Below are positions 33,961 to 44,555 of a stretch of DNA of 64,000 bases, one piece after another. The translations under genes and the position numbers were made by a program. Each line of letters begins with the position of its first letter. Positions within the stretch are counted from its first letter, which is position 1. The notes under the pieces were generated by a model. The model was not told the origin of the DNA. It did no database searches and was given only the letters and a program-made list of their open reading frames with translations. The stretch lies in the IMG/VR virus record IMGVR_UViG_3300020048_000007, positions 96,001-160,000 of that record; one strand, written 5' to 3'. This stretch comes from a virus. Its lineage: Duplodnaviria > Caudoviricetes.

Positions 33961-36077
33961 ATTGGGTGCTCTATATCTTCCCTTGGTGCTGTATCAAAAG
34001 GACTATTGTATGTTTTAGCACGATCACCAGGGGATAATTTAGTATACTCTGATTTACCCAGACCAAAGACATTGTTCGCACCGGGATCTCTTCGGAACAA
34101 TTCAGCATGAACCTCAGAATCAGTTCTTACAAAATCCTGTATAGTGACCCTGGCGCTGCTAGAAGACAGATTAATGGCAGCTCCAGACTTCAAATTAAGA
34201 TTGCCACCAGCCTGCAGATTTAGATCACCACCGGCAATAATGTTGATGGCATTAGCGCAAAAAATCTCGACAGTACCATCTACCTCATTGTTTTGTATGA
34301 CTATCTTATGAGAAGTATCATCCAGAATCTGAAACATACTGCTGGACCTACCAGATCGCCAAACGCCGAGAGAGAGCTTCTTGCTAAACCAAAAACCACG
34401 CTCCTGACAATCGACCAACTCAACCCACGGACCATCACCGCTACTACCATCCCTAGCCTCAAGACCCTGGTTCGCTTCACCAGCATCAACGCCAGAGATC
34501 TCCACGGGCTTGTACGGAGCATTCCCCTTACCAGCTCTAGTCTTAAGCCTAATGTACTCATTGTCAAGATCTAATTTTAGGTGGTGCGATCCAGTCTCAG
34601 CATCAGTGGACATGATCGGCTTTCCGATAAATTCATTTTCTTTTATGCCTTGGTGTGACATTGGCCATTCCTGTCCAAGCCTTGTCGACATCATCATATA
34701 TTGATGTCTATCATTGATCTCAATTGTTTGGCCTAGTGGAGAACCCCATGTGCTATGATTTGTGCTATCGTTTTCATTGAATTCGAAATAATACCCTATC
34801 TCTGTCGCATCGTCATTACCTCTTTGGCACCCAGCATATCTTCTGCCCTTCATTAGTATACCATTACCGGTAGGATCTGGCTTTAATTCAGATTCCTTAG
34901 AGTCGCTGCCACGGTCATCTAGGACTATTTTATAACCGTGTCTTGTGACGAGCCTCATGAATCTAGCATCTTTGGCCTTCCAATATTCATCTTCTCTTTC
35001 AGTTTTAGTCCCCACCTCATCCAGCAAGAATCTTTTGACATAATTGTCTTCTTGAGGATCAAAACCTTTATCATATGCTTGGAATAGCATACCGCCTTTG
35101 GTTCTTATTTTTATCCAACGCTGGTCCTGCTCGGTCTCTCGTGACACATAGGCAGCTTCACCATATTCTGGCCTGCATTTAGAGTCTACGGGGCCGGGTT
35201 GAGCCCAACCAACATCGCGGCATTCTATCTTGTGACCGTACCTTGTTAGGGACTCTATGCGACGCTGGTCTGTGCCTGGCTCTCCAGTCTTTGGGTGGTC
35301 TTCATTCAATAGCTTCTGCAAATACAAATATCGCTTAATCTCAGTTATTCTGTCTTTATCTTGATCGTTGGTGATTTCACCAAAGTCACCGTCTTTCTTC
35401 CAGGTGTATCCTTGGTCACCCATTATGTGAATATGACCGTACCGTGTGGCTCTCACAAGATACTTCTTGTCAGGGTCGTTTTCGATGGGTGCTGTGGTCG
35501 AAGTCGCTAATATTGATTTCGCACCTGGGTCTAATTCAATTGGCGGCGGGGATATTTCATGTTCTTTTGGGAAGTATCCGATGCTCGATGAGTAATCGAT
35601 ATTACCATATCTGTCTTGGTATCCATACGACATCGGCCTCCCGTCCTTAGGAAGATAGGCGACATCGTAGTCTTCAAAAGCCTTCCTCTGACCCCTACTA
35701 TCATATGATAATGGTGTTATACTTGAGACCCGTGCTAACGGGTAATAGCCTCTTAATGTTGGTGTTGCATGTCCGATCCATACAGGACCGTATGGGTGTT
35801 GCTTTTCAAATTCGATCCAAACCCAGTCGCCTATACAAGGCATTGCGAATTCGCCAGAGTTAACCCCACCAAGCCTGGAAGCTGATGAAGCCCATGGGCA
35901 TTCTTCTGGCTTTAAGTCAAAGTCATGCAGTTCTGGGCACTTGAATCTTATTCTGTTCATGCATAATGGATCGTTGGTCTCTGCTACCTGTGCTCTATAT
36001 ATGCCTGGGAATCTTACCCCTAGTGGCTTGTGTCTATCTTCGAAAAATCGACCCCAGACCACGCTTGCTACGTCCAT
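33957..36077 (-). CDS. Central spike / baseplate hub, gp5/VgrG-like OB-fold protein without lysozyme domain
   Basis: GIYRAQV..NDPL..RIRFKCP, PCIGDWVWIEFE..PVWIG OB-fold; C-terminal INIIAGGDLNLQAGGNLNLKSG beta-helix repeats. Confidence 0.85.
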   Translation of the reverse strand: MDVASVVWGRFFEDRHKPLGVRFPGIYRAQVAETNDPLCMNRIRFKCPELHDFDLKPEECPWASSASRLGGVNSGEFAMPCIGDWVWIEFEKQHPYGPVWIGHATPTLRGYYPLARVSSITPLSYDSRGQRKAFEDYDVAYLPKDGRPMSYGYQDRYGNIDYSSSIGYFPKEHEISPPPIELDPGAKSILATSTTAPIENDPDKKYLVRATRYGHIHIMGDQGYTWKKDGDFGEITNDQDKDRITEIKRYLYLQKLLNEDHPKTGEPGTDQRRIESLTRYGHKIECRDVGWAQPGPVDSKCRPEYGEAAYVSRETEQDQRWIKIRTKGGMLFQAYDKGFDPQEDNYVKRFLLDEVGTKTEREDEYWKAKDARFMRLVTRHGYKIVLDDRGSDSKESELKPDPTGNGILMKGRRYAGCQRGNDDATEIGYYFEFNENDSTNHSTWGSPLGQTIEINDRHQYMMMSTRLGQEWPMSHQGIKENEFIGKPIMSTDAETGSHHLKLDLDNEYIRLKTRAGKGNAPYKPVEISGVDAGEANQGLEARDGSSGDGPWVELVDCQERGFWFSKKLSLGVWRSGRSSSMFQILDDTSHKIVIQNNEVDGTVEIFCANAINIIAGGDLNLQAGGNLNLKSGAAINLSSSSARVTIQDFVRTDSEVHAELFRRDPGANNVFGLGKSEYTKLSPGDRAKTYNSPFDTAPREDIEHPI

Positions 36078-36403
36078 CAGTCATTCTCTCCAGCAATGCC
36101 AGTCTGTACAACTGAGCGTATAGGGTACTTTAATTGCAGACCCGTAGGTGGCCAATTAAGTACGTCAGTCACGTTATTGAATGCAATCAGAACCCAATCA
36201 AAGTACGGTGTGCCGTATAGCATATTACTTATTAAATCCGGCCTCCCATTGTGATTGGATTGGACCACATATGTTTTTACATAGTCACTAGAAAGAGTCT
36301 TAGTCAAAAAACTCGGTGGTGTCCATGTATCAACTGTTTCTACGTTGTCAAATATGACTGTTTCTGTGCGCCTGAAGCGTGAATAGCTATTGAATTTCAT
36401 CAA
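36077..36403 (-). CDS. Baseplate wedge protein gp53-like (LysM-like)
   Basis: GRPDLISNMLYGTPYFDWVLIAFNN motif. Confidence 0.8.
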   Translation of the reverse strand: MMKFNSYSRFRRTETVIFDNVETVDTWTPPSFLTKTLSSDYVKTYVVQSNHNGRPDLISNMLYGTPYFDWVLIAFNNVTDVLNWPPTGLQLKYPIRSVVQTGIAGEND

Positions 36404-36960
36404 TACCAGCTTTCTTGTGTTCCTTCGTCACTCTCAAGACCGTTTTTGGGTTCGTTTCCTCCGGATAGCGGCATAAAGTTCCACCATAGTACCAAGTCGA
36501 AGGACACGTCAGTTCTTAGTGGATGTACGTCACTACCTTCCCCAACATATCTGTCGCTATGCTTTATATTCAGATTTCTCATAAAGAAAGTCGTTTCGCC
36601 GTCACCACCCATATTCCAAAATTTGGCCAAAATCCCAGCCTTTTCAGCAGAAATTAAATCTTTTAAATTAAAAAAATACGATCTGAAATATTGCACAGCT
36701 CTCCTAACAGACCCAACCGTCCACAAATCACCGTCCACAATATAGCTAGTTTCTATAGAATAGTATCTTTCATTTGGCCCAGCATACGTAAATGCTGGGT
36801 ATATTCCGATAACTTTCGCACCCTCATCTTTAAAATCACCAGACATTGAATTAGCAGTGATTTTAGGTGGAAACTGGAACTCCTGCTGAGGACCTTCTGG
36901 CCACTTCAATACAAAAGATGATGCTAGCTCAAGATCTTGTGATGCATATCGCATTGCCAT
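36400..36960 (-). CDS. Tube initiator / baseplate protein (gp48/gp54-like)
   Basis: Between the tape measure and gp53-like genes; FQFPP.., PLRTDVSFDL tube-fold pattern. Confidence 0.55.
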   Translation of the reverse strand: MAMRYASQDLELASSFVLKWPEGPQQEFQFPPKITANSMSGDFKDEGAKVIGIYPAFTYAGPNERYYSIETSYIVDGDLWTVGSVRRAVQYFRSYFFNLKDLISAEKAGILAKFWNMGGDGETTFFMRNLNIKHSDRYVGEGSDVHPLRTDVSFDLVLWWNFMPLSGGNEPKNGLESDEGTQESWY

Positions 36961-36961
36961 G

Positions 36962-39900
36962 TTAGCTCACCCATGCGTTGTAACTGGTGGAGACACTTTG
37001 ACGGTTTCTCAGCTCGATTAATTGCTCATCCATTAAACTGATCATTTTGTCACCTAAGATACTACTTTGTTTCTTCATCTCTGATAACTCGTAAAGCATA
37101 GCAGCTAGAACGTCTTTCTCTCCAGAATTCTGAGAATCTGTCGTACCACCCTCAGTCCTGGTGGTCGTCTTAACATTCTTAATTGGCTCAGCTGCAGCAC
37201 CTAACTTAGGAGATAAGAAGCCAGCTAATATAGCTTTGAAAGGATTAGAAGACAAGTCGAAGATAGCTGTGTTCAGCCTCTCTACTGAAGCTGTTATCCT
37301 GTCAATCGGGTCTATTATTAGACTAGCGGAATCAGTAAGACTCGTACTCCCCTCTGCCAACACCTGCGATAACTGGCCAATAATGCTGGAGTCTACCGAT
37401 CCAAGGCTAGTGAACGCTGCAAATCCGGCAGTAATAGAGTCACCGGCGCTCTTTAATGCATCACCTATAGCACTCAGCACAAGAGACTGTTGAAGCATTA
37501 CATTCAAGTCGAACGCATTGAGGAAGCCATCCAATGCCGTTAGTACGCTCCTGCTCGTCACTACGGCTTCAGCCGCCCCAGCTATATCAGCAACAGCAGC
37601 GACCATGATCTTGCTGCCCTCTGATATATCAGTCATTAACTTTCTGTATTTCTCTCCGAATTCGACTGGCACATTAGTCGCTGACAAGACACCCATGTCG
37701 CCGCTTATCTTATTGACATCAAGTTCAGTATCGCCACCAAGGCCAAACCATCCAGCTATTGTTTTTGCTGCACTAGCTATTAGCTTTGTCACTGGGTTAT
37801 TCATAAATCCTTCATATAATCCACTTATGATATTACCACCTATTTCCATCATTTTAGTTGATGGTGAAGCGATACCAAACATGCTCAAGATTCTGCCAGC
37901 TGTATTGTCCCAAATCCACTGGCCAATATCAGCAAGACCATTGATAACACTCTTAACACCCTCGATAAGACCATATATCATATTCATACCAAGATCAGCC
38001 ATAACAGTGGACGGCGAAGCAACACCCAATAATCTGACAAGCCTTCCGAAGGTATTATCATATATCCAATAACCTATATCTATTAATTTAGATAATCCCC
38101 ATTTTATGCCCATAACGAGCCCTTCAATGAGCGCAACCCCAAGATCAGTGAATGCTTTTCCTAGACCATATGCCAAGTCAGTTGTCCACTTCCAAATATT
38201 TTTCTCAATGTACTCTATCGAACTCCACCAAAAATTAACGATATCAGCAAAAGAAAGTTTTGAGACGTCAGAGAAAAAATTCGAGATAGCCCTATAAACC
38301 CTATCAAACGCATCACTTATGCCATTTATCACCCATTGTACAGTCTCAAAACTCATAAGCCAATCATATATTAGGCCAAGACCTTCGATAAAAGGAGAGA
38401 CCAATTCATCAATTATCCATGACATCCATTCATAAACTTTGGTTAAAACAACCACAAAAGCTTTAAAAGCGATATTAGCCAAATAAAATATCACTTTAGC
38501 GATCTCCATAAATCCAATAACCATTCTCTTAACAATCAAGTACACTGGGACAATCACAACAGTAAGTGCAATCATAATAACCTTAGCCAAAGTCTTGAAC
38601 GCTGTCCATAATGCTTCTACGACCTTGCAAGCAGCATTAAAACCGACCATAATATACCCACCAAGTACCTTTAGCCCACCATACACATAATCGACCACAC
38701 TACGCACCGACTCAAACCGCTCATATAGCTTATAAACAGCAGCGGCAGCAAGAATCAACCATCCAATAGGTCCAAAAAGAATGCCAAGAGAAATAGCAAG
38801 AGCAGCCACAGCTACATCCATAATCTTCAAGTTACTCACGAACTGCTTAATGGCCGGAATAATCTTATCAATAATGAACCTTACAAAAGTCAAACTCTCA
38901 GCCCATTCGATCAACAGTTTTACCTGCTCCCAAACCTCCTGCCCATACGTGACCAGATAAGTCCCGAACACCTTTAACTTGTCATAAAGATATTGAACTG
39001 CATCCCCAACACTGTCGAACTTGTAATAAAGGATAGTAAGAGCAGCAACCACCGCTATGACCACCAAGACATATGGGCTTAATAATGCGCTACCAAAAGC
39101 TAACGCCGCATTAAAAGCACCCAATGCAATAGTACTCAGACTTGTAGCCCCTGTAAAAATACCCATCACTACACTAGCAGCCCCGACTATAACATTTCTA
39201 ACGAGCATGACTGCATTGTACAAAGCTGTTCTCACCGTTGCTAACCGTTCCGTTAATCCTAGCTCCACCATAGCTGCCCTAAACTTTGAAACCATAATGT
39301 ACGCTGAAGTTAAAACGCTTACCAGAGAAAGCAGAGCGACACCAGCCAGAACCACCCCCGCCACGAAAATCCGGACCATCTTGGCTGTGACACCATTGCT
39401 TTCACCAAATTTTCTTAATTGGTTCCCTAACCTCTCGACCACAGCAGTGATCGGTTTTAACACAAAACTTACAGCTTGGAATATATCATAAAGACCCTTG
39501 CCAAGAACACCATTAAGCAATCCAAAGAAAGCGTTAATCCTAGTTCTAAGCATACCGATTTGGCCAGTCAAAGTCCCCATGGATTCTGTGAAATCGCTAG
39601 CAGCCTGCTCGGCCTGCTTGATCTTCATGAAATCTTCAACCGCTTTTAAATCGTTCTTATTTAGTTTACCAGATTTCGCAGCCTTGTCTAATTCAGCGTT
39701 CAGTCTTAATTGTGCGTCAATTTGCTTTTCCGTTAAGCCAGTCATGCTGGCTACAGCTCTCATTTGCGCTTTGACACGGAGCGCTTCCATCGGGTCGTTT
39801 TTCGCTTTTTCTAAATCCTCAAGCGTCAGTCCAGCAGTCTTGGCCGCTTTAGCAATGAGCATAGGCATAGCAGTTAATCTATCTTCCGGCGTTTTCAGCG

Positions 39901-41035
39901 TTAAGCCTAATTGCTTTGCAAATGAGTCAAATAATACCATCTTTTGGGGGTCTAAAGCCACTTTTAATGACGCGGCCATTTCATCAGCATCAGCACCTAT
40001 ACTCTTGGCAAAGCCCTTAAAAATAAGCTGAGACTGTTTAAATATTTCCATCGATGTGACAAGGTTGCCATTGGAATCCCTTGTACGCCCAGCAAGTTTA
40101 CCAAAAGATATCTCTAAATCAACGACCGATACAGATGTGTCATTTAAAACACTAGCCACATCTTCCGAATTAAGCCCATACTTCCTCATAGCATCAGCGC
40201 TATAACCCATTATACGGTTAAATGATTGAGTATCACCGCCAGCGAATCTGTTTTGTCTGCTGAATTCTGCTAACTGTGTGATACCGACACCCAGATATTG
40301 ATTGGCCTTTAAAATAGAGTCACCAAGTTCGACCATCTGTTCCTTCGGCATCGCCAAGTTACCCAGCGCTTGAACTACTTCATATGCCTTCTCAGATGCG
40401 ATGCCAGTGGATAATGCTAACTGCCTTGAAGTGGCGACCAAGCCAGTTTGAGTGTCATATAGCCTAAAATTCGTAGTCACGAAATTCTGAGTCGCTTTAT
40501 CGGAATCTACAATATTTCTTAAAATTAACAGACCAACTTGGCGAAACCCGTCAAAAGCAGCTCGTAGACGCATAGCGCCTTCTATCTGATCATCGATAAC
40601 TTCAACAGCCGATTTTAGATTAGAATTTACTTCTTTTGATATATCAACGTCATTCTGTAAGAGTTTATTCTGCTCTAAGTGGCCTTTGTTCTTAGTCTTT
40701 ACAGCGTCGACTAAAATTACAGCTTCTTTGTTTATATCCTTAAATGTTTTTAAGTCTTTTTCTTCTAGCGATATGGGTTTTGACGTTTTCGCGATTTGGA
40801 GGTCTTTGGTCTGTTTACCGAATAGCGAAAATATCTTGTTAACATCTTTAAAAGTGGTAAGACTGTTACTGCCCAGGTTTGCAATAGTCCCAACAGCTTT
40901 TTTAACGCTGCTAGAAACCGTTCCTTCTAAATTTATGAACTTCTTTGATATATCGTCAATCGCGTTATCAGCCAAACCGCGTTCAAGATTGAGCTGCATT
41001 GTCAATGCAGCTACTGTCGGGTCAATCTCAGGCAT
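36962..41035 (-). CDS. Tape measure protein
   Basis: 1357 aa, helical, A/G/V/I-rich central hydrophobic repeats; located among tail and baseplate genes. Confidence 0.85.
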   Translation of the reverse strand: MPEIDPTVAALTMQLNLERGLADNAIDDISKKFINLEGTVSSSVKKAVGTIANLGSNSLTTFKDVNKIFSLFGKQTKDLQIAKTSKPISLEEKDLKTFKDINKEAVILVDAVKTKNKGHLEQNKLLQNDVDISKEVNSNLKSAVEVIDDQIEGAMRLRAAFDGFRQVGLLILRNIVDSDKATQNFVTTNFRLYDTQTGLVATSRQLALSTGIASEKAYEVVQALGNLAMPKEQMVELGDSILKANQYLGVGITQLAEFSRQNRFAGGDTQSFNRIMGYSADAMRKYGLNSEDVASVLNDTSVSVVDLEISFGKLAGRTRDSNGNLVTSMEIFKQSQLIFKGFAKSIGADADEMAASLKVALDPQKMVLFDSFAKQLGLTLKTPEDRLTAMPMLIAKAAKTAGLTLEDLEKAKNDPMEALRVKAQMRAVASMTGLTEKQIDAQLRLNAELDKAAKSGKLNKNDLKAVEDFMKIKQAEQAASDFTESMGTLTGQIGMLRTRINAFFGLLNGVLGKGLYDIFQAVSFVLKPITAVVERLGNQLRKFGESNGVTAKMVRIFVAGVVLAGVALLSLVSVLTSAYIMVSKFRAAMVELGLTERLATVRTALYNAVMLVRNVIVGAASVVMGIFTGATSLSTIALGAFNAALAFGSALLSPYVLVVIAVVAALTILYYKFDSVGDAVQYLYDKLKVFGTYLVTYGQEVWEQVKLLIEWAESLTFVRFIIDKIIPAIKQFVSNLKIMDVAVAALAISLGILFGPIGWLILAAAAVYKLYERFESVRSVVDYVYGGLKVLGGYIMVGFNAACKVVEALWTAFKTLAKVIMIALTVVIVPVYLIVKRMVIGFMEIAKVIFYLANIAFKAFVVVLTKVYEWMSWIIDELVSPFIEGLGLIYDWLMSFETVQWVINGISDAFDRVYRAISNFFSDVSKLSFADIVNFWWSSIEYIEKNIWKWTTDLAYGLGKAFTDLGVALIEGLVMGIKWGLSKLIDIGYWIYDNTFGRLVRLLGVASPSTVMADLGMNMIYGLIEGVKSVINGLADIGQWIWDNTAGRILSMFGIASPSTKMMEIGGNIISGLYEGFMNNPVTKLIASAAKTIAGWFGLGGDTELDVNKISGDMGVLSATNVPVEFGEKYRKLMTDISEGSKIMVAAVADIAGAAEAVVTSRSVLTALDGFLNAFDLNVMLQQSLVLSAIGDALKSAGDSITAGFAAFTSLGSVDSSIIGQLSQVLAEGSTSLTDSASLIIDPIDRITASVERLNTAIFDLSSNPFKAILAGFLSPKLGAAAEPIKNVKTTTRTEGGTTDSQNSGEKDVLAAMLYELSEMKKQSSILGDKMISLMDEQLIELRNRQSVSTSYNAWVS

Positions 41036-41054
41036 ATCTACAGTCTCCTAATAA

Positions 41055-41062
41055 TATATTTA
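41055..41062 (-). promoter_or_regulatory. Putative late promoter motif TAAATATA
   Basis: 20-27 nt upstream of the tape measure start. Confidence 0.55.
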
Positions 41063-41085
41063 AGCTTGAATCACCATTTTGCCTT

Positions 41086-42405
41086 TCAGAACACGGGAGG
41101 ACCGGCTTTGACAGCACTAGCATCCTGGTCAGGCCGACTGATGAAGAGCTCCGTATACCATTTTCCGGCGTATAGTTTTTGTCGGAACCCATACACAGTC
41201 CAATAACCATACATCCAATATTCAGTATCGTCATCGCTCCTGGAAATAGTCCGCTGCCAGTTCATGAAGATAACATCAGTGCCAAGCCCATACGTATCGA
41301 TGTATTCTCCGTGGCCCATCACTTTAACTCTCATCTTTACAACGGAGTAAAGCATATTTAGATATTGATTTTTACCACGACCATCAATATAATCACGGTA
41401 ATCAAGCCCTAAATCACCAGAAGTGTAATATTCTGGGATCGGCATCACGTGAGTACCACCGTATATTGGAGGACCATCGGGTGGCCCATCTAGCGGCTTT
41501 TTAAAACTATGGTCGACTTCAATAACTGGAATAATTTTCTGGGTGGTAGTTGCGTCTTTTGCTACTGTATAGACTTCTTTAGGATCTGTGATCTTATCAA
41601 TATATTCACCGGTCGTAGCACTCGTACCGTATGAAAATATCTTCACAGCCGCAAGTTTTAGAGCATTATTAGTCTCTGTGACTGCTTCCATGACCATCTC
41701 GTATTTTTCATCAGTCTGCCTCTTGTAGAAACCACGCAGTCTTGGTTTGATACTACCTTGGTCACTGATCTTTAATTTTTTCCCATCTACCTGCACTATC
41801 CAGTTGGTCATTGTTTTATTCAGAGGTACAGACCATTCGAGGAGAGACATTATAAAGGTCTTGGCATCCTGCCTCATCATGTAGTGGCGGTTTGCTTCGC
41901 TGTCTTTGGTCTTGTCGATTTCTAATTTTATCTCTGGCGCGTATTTCTTAACGACTTGTTGAATTACTTGATCTACTCTTCCTTTGTATGATTTCCCGCT
42001 GGCATCACCGAGATTCAAGTAGTAAGACGCTGGATCTATTGCTACGACTTTACAGTATATTCTATCATCTACAGGAGTAGTGAACTCAAAGTGGGTTATA
42101 ATAGCTTCTTGTACTTTAGTCATTTCTTCTGGGACACGCCAAGAATCTCCCGGTCCAGATCTAAATCTAAAGTAGACATAAATCGGCTCTTTGCGAGCTG
42201 ATTGCATATATTCAGTCTTTTGAAAATTCGACAGCAATCTTTGCTCTGGGTCTGAGATGTTAGCTTCTAGAACATACCCAGAGTTCATCATCCCCATCAT
42301 TTCCATATTATTAACCGCGAACCCCCAATCTATGCCATCCGGATCGTTGCTAAATTTAAGATATACCGTTGGCATCGCTGCTGAATAAGGAACTGGTGCG
42401 GCCAT
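41086..42405 (-). CDS. Baseplate hub protein (gp27/late control D-like)
   Basis: 439 aa next to TMP; KSYKGRVDQVIQQV.., RVKVMGH, GYWTVYGFRQ..WYTELFISR pattern. Confidence 0.65.
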   Translation of the reverse strand: MAAPVPYSAAMPTVYLKFSNDPDGIDWGFAVNNMEMMGMMNSGYVLEANISDPEQRLLSNFQKTEYMQSARKEPIYVYFRFRSGPGDSWRVPEEMTKVQEAIITHFEFTTPVDDRIYCKVVAIDPASYYLNLGDASGKSYKGRVDQVIQQVVKKYAPEIKLEIDKTKDSEANRHYMMRQDAKTFIMSLLEWSVPLNKTMTNWIVQVDGKKLKISDQGSIKPRLRGFYKRQTDEKYEMVMEAVTETNNALKLAAVKIFSYGTSATTGEYIDKITDPKEVYTVAKDATTTQKIIPVIEVDHSFKKPLDGPPDGPPIYGGTHVMPIPEYYTSGDLGLDYRDYIDGRGKNQYLNMLYSVVKMRVKVMGHGEYIDTYGLGTDVIFMNWQRTISRSDDDTEYWMYGYWTVYGFRQKLYAGKWYTELFISRPDQDASAVKAGPPVF

Positions 42406-42679
42406 GGAATTATTACACCTTAGATCGAATAGGGATCAAGTAGTTTTCCTATATTTATGCTTTAACGATTCAGCAACCAAAACATACGGACTAAAATCAG
42501 AGAAAGTGCCAGAAGATGAAGCTGATAAAATAAAACAATCATATAGCACATTAAGGAATATGAAAAAAGAATCACATATACTATGGCTTAAAGAAAACGC
42601 ACCAATAGCTTATAAGCAAGCATATAGAGAACTAGACTTAACTTCTTATACGCTTCTTGGAAGATATCAACTCAGATAA
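42404..42679 (+). CDS. Hypothetical protein (91 aa) whose start codon overlaps the divergent hub start
   Basis: CATG at 42403-42406 supplies both start codons; SD-like TAAGGA/GGTG upstream; fills a 233-bp gap. Confidence 0.55.
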   Translation: MELLHLRSNRDQVVFLYLCFNDSATKTYGLKSEKVPEDEADKIKQSYSTLRNMKKESHILWLKENAPIAYKQAYRELDLTSYTLLGRYQLR

Positions 42680-43702
42680 TTTTATGATCTCAGTAATGCC
42701 GATCTTTTTAATGTTCTTTTCGAATATGTTTCTGATCTGAGACTTTGTATATCCATGCTTTTCATATAGCTCATTCCAATCTGTCTTATCGGCTTCGCTT
42801 GTTGGAGGGATCGAATAAAAGATCGGAAAATTTAAGCTTGCCAATAGGTGGTAGTTTTGGATGATACTTTTTATGCCAGCCGCATCACTGTCTGGGGCAA
42901 GAATAATACCTTTCTTGGGATTCAATATTCTTATCTTGATCAGCTGATCTGGAGTTAGTGCAGCCCCTCCGGACGCCAAGGTCTGCTCTCCTAGAGTGTG
43001 CTTATCGAAAATAGCCTCTGTGATGATGATATAACCGTTCATTTCTATATCATCAAAACCATATAAAAACTGGCCTTTGGATGCCGTGACTTTGCCGATC
43101 GTTTCGCCTTTACTATTCGTGATATTCGGATTAGGGAAGGAAAATCGTTTATTTAAATATGATCGGCTTTGCCAGTATACGACCGTCTCGAATTCGTAGT
43201 ATGGCCATATCACCTCGGTTCCTAGAAATCGCAGATCGTTTTTATCGATATCATCAACGGTGTAAGATCTTCTTCCTAGCCATTTTATTAGCATCTGGGC
43301 AAGTTCTTCATTTTGATAATCTATAAGCTTTTTATTTTCTGGTAGAGTAAGCTCATATTCTACGAATTCTTTCTTGTTATCTGTGTATTCTGCTTCTGCC
43401 CCGTCCAGAAGAATTTTAATAGCTTCTGCTGTGGAGCATTTTTCGTATAGACTAACAAACCTGACGATATTACATGATCTTTTGCCTGTTTTTGGGTTAG
43501 GCTTACCCGCCCAGCTATCATCTCGCCAGTCGTGACAAACGCCTTTTTCAGGGTTAATGTTAAAATGGTAGCCGGTATCGCCATTTAGCGGGTTGCATAT
43601 TATGAATTCTTCGCCTTGGCGACGTTCTCTATATTCGAATTTTTTCTTTATATAAGCTACTATTTTCTTTGGTGGTATTGATATCTTAGACATAGTTTTC
43701 AA
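42638..43702 (-). CDS. DNA primase (DnaG/T4 gp61-like); start may be ATG at 43693
   Basis: Degenerate N-terminal Zn-ribbon region, YWQSRS, IITEAIFD and APDSDAAG TOPRIM motifs. Confidence 0.85.
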   Translation of the reverse strand: MKTMSKISIPPKKIVAYIKKKFEYRERRQGEEFIICNPLNGDTGYHFNINPEKGVCHDWRDDSWAGKPNPKTGKRSCNIVRFVSLYEKCSTAEAIKILLDGAEAEYTDNKKEFVEYELTLPENKKLIDYQNEELAQMLIKWLGRRSYTVDDIDKNDLRFLGTEVIWPYYEFETVVYWQSRSYLNKRFSFPNPNITNSKGETIGKVTASKGQFLYGFDDIEMNGYIIITEAIFDKHTLGEQTLASGGAALTPDQLIKIRILNPKKGIILAPDSDAAGIKSIIQNYHLLASLNFPIFYSIPPTSEADKTDWNELYEKHGYTKSQIRNIFEKNIKKIGITEIIKLSELISSKKRIRS

Positions 43703-43706
43703 ATAC

Positions 43707-44531
43707 TTAGGAGACAGTAAAGGTGAATTTTCTGCTCACTCTTGAAGACCCGTCTGGAAGATTTAACTTTATGTTGTACAGGTATGTCCCTTTGAGGAGA
43801 GTCGAAGTATCCAAATCATACACTACGACATAAGGGTTTGACCTGTAGGCACCTTGTCGTAGACCAATCCTGCAGGGCTCATCTACCACCAGCTGCTCAC
43901 AAAACCTAGTGGATATGCTTATCGTTGGTTTCAGATAAGGTATCATTGGATTTACAAGGTTAAAATTGTAGTCATAAAGCGGCAGAGGCATGAGCCCGAC
44001 TTCCAATGGTCTTTGCTCTGGAGCGTAGAATCTCTGGTCTAGAGGCTCGAACCCAAACCTTATTGTCTGTAATTTATCGGCTGAGAACCAATCATCTGGG
44101 TATACCCAAAACCGGTGGCATTCTGTCAGTATCTGTGGTGTGAGGGTAGGGTCATTTAAATCGCAGGCCGATGTGACCGTGCCGTCCGTACATGGTATAA
44201 TTGGATAATAGGACCAGACATCATAATACACTTCTGGTGCTACAAAGTCAGTCGGGATACTGAATGGTAGGTGGTATCTGCCAGCTACAACCGTCGTGCC
44301 TAGCGTTTCTTGGCATAATGGTGCTGGATAGAGGTTTTCTTCTGGGTCTACTATTGGTATAGTTGCCACTAAGTTATGTGGCGCTACCTGGCCTTGATAT
44401 ATTTCTACTTTTCTTACTGCGTATGGGTCTGTTAATACGCCATTATTGATGAAGTCTATATTTAAGTCTACGACCTTGCCTTTCCTTGCGGAAATGCGTG
44501 GGTTGGCGTTAGTTAAATCGTTACAGCTCAT
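43707..44531 (-). CDS. Hypothetical virion structural protein (Ig-like beta domains)
   Basis: Beta-rich, own late-promoter motif and GGAGG RBS. Confidence 0.7.
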   Translation of the reverse strand: MSCNDLTNANPRISARKGKVVDLNIDFINNGVLTDPYAVRKVEIYQGQVAPHNLVATIPIVDPEENLYPAPLCQETLGTTVVAGRYHLPFSIPTDFVAPEVYYDVWSYYPIIPCTDGTVTSACDLNDPTLTPQILTECHRFWVYPDDWFSADKLQTIRFGFEPLDQRFYAPEQRPLEVGLMPLPLYDYNFNLVNPMIPYLKPTISISTRFCEQLVVDEPCRIGLRQGAYRSNPYVVVYDLDTSTLLKGTYLYNIKLNLPDGSSRVSRKFTFTVS

Positions 44532-44545
44532 AATATCCTCCGTGA

Positions 44546-44553
44546 TATATTTG
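44546..44553 (-). promoter_or_regulatory. Putative late promoter motif CAAATATA
   Basis: 15-22 nt upstream of the ATG at 44531. Confidence 0.55.
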
Positions 44554-44555
44554 TC

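Noticed and set aside
33957-36077. T4 gp5-type lysozyme domain in the spike
   Set aside because: No T4-lysozyme catalytic motif recognisable between the OB-fold and the beta-helix
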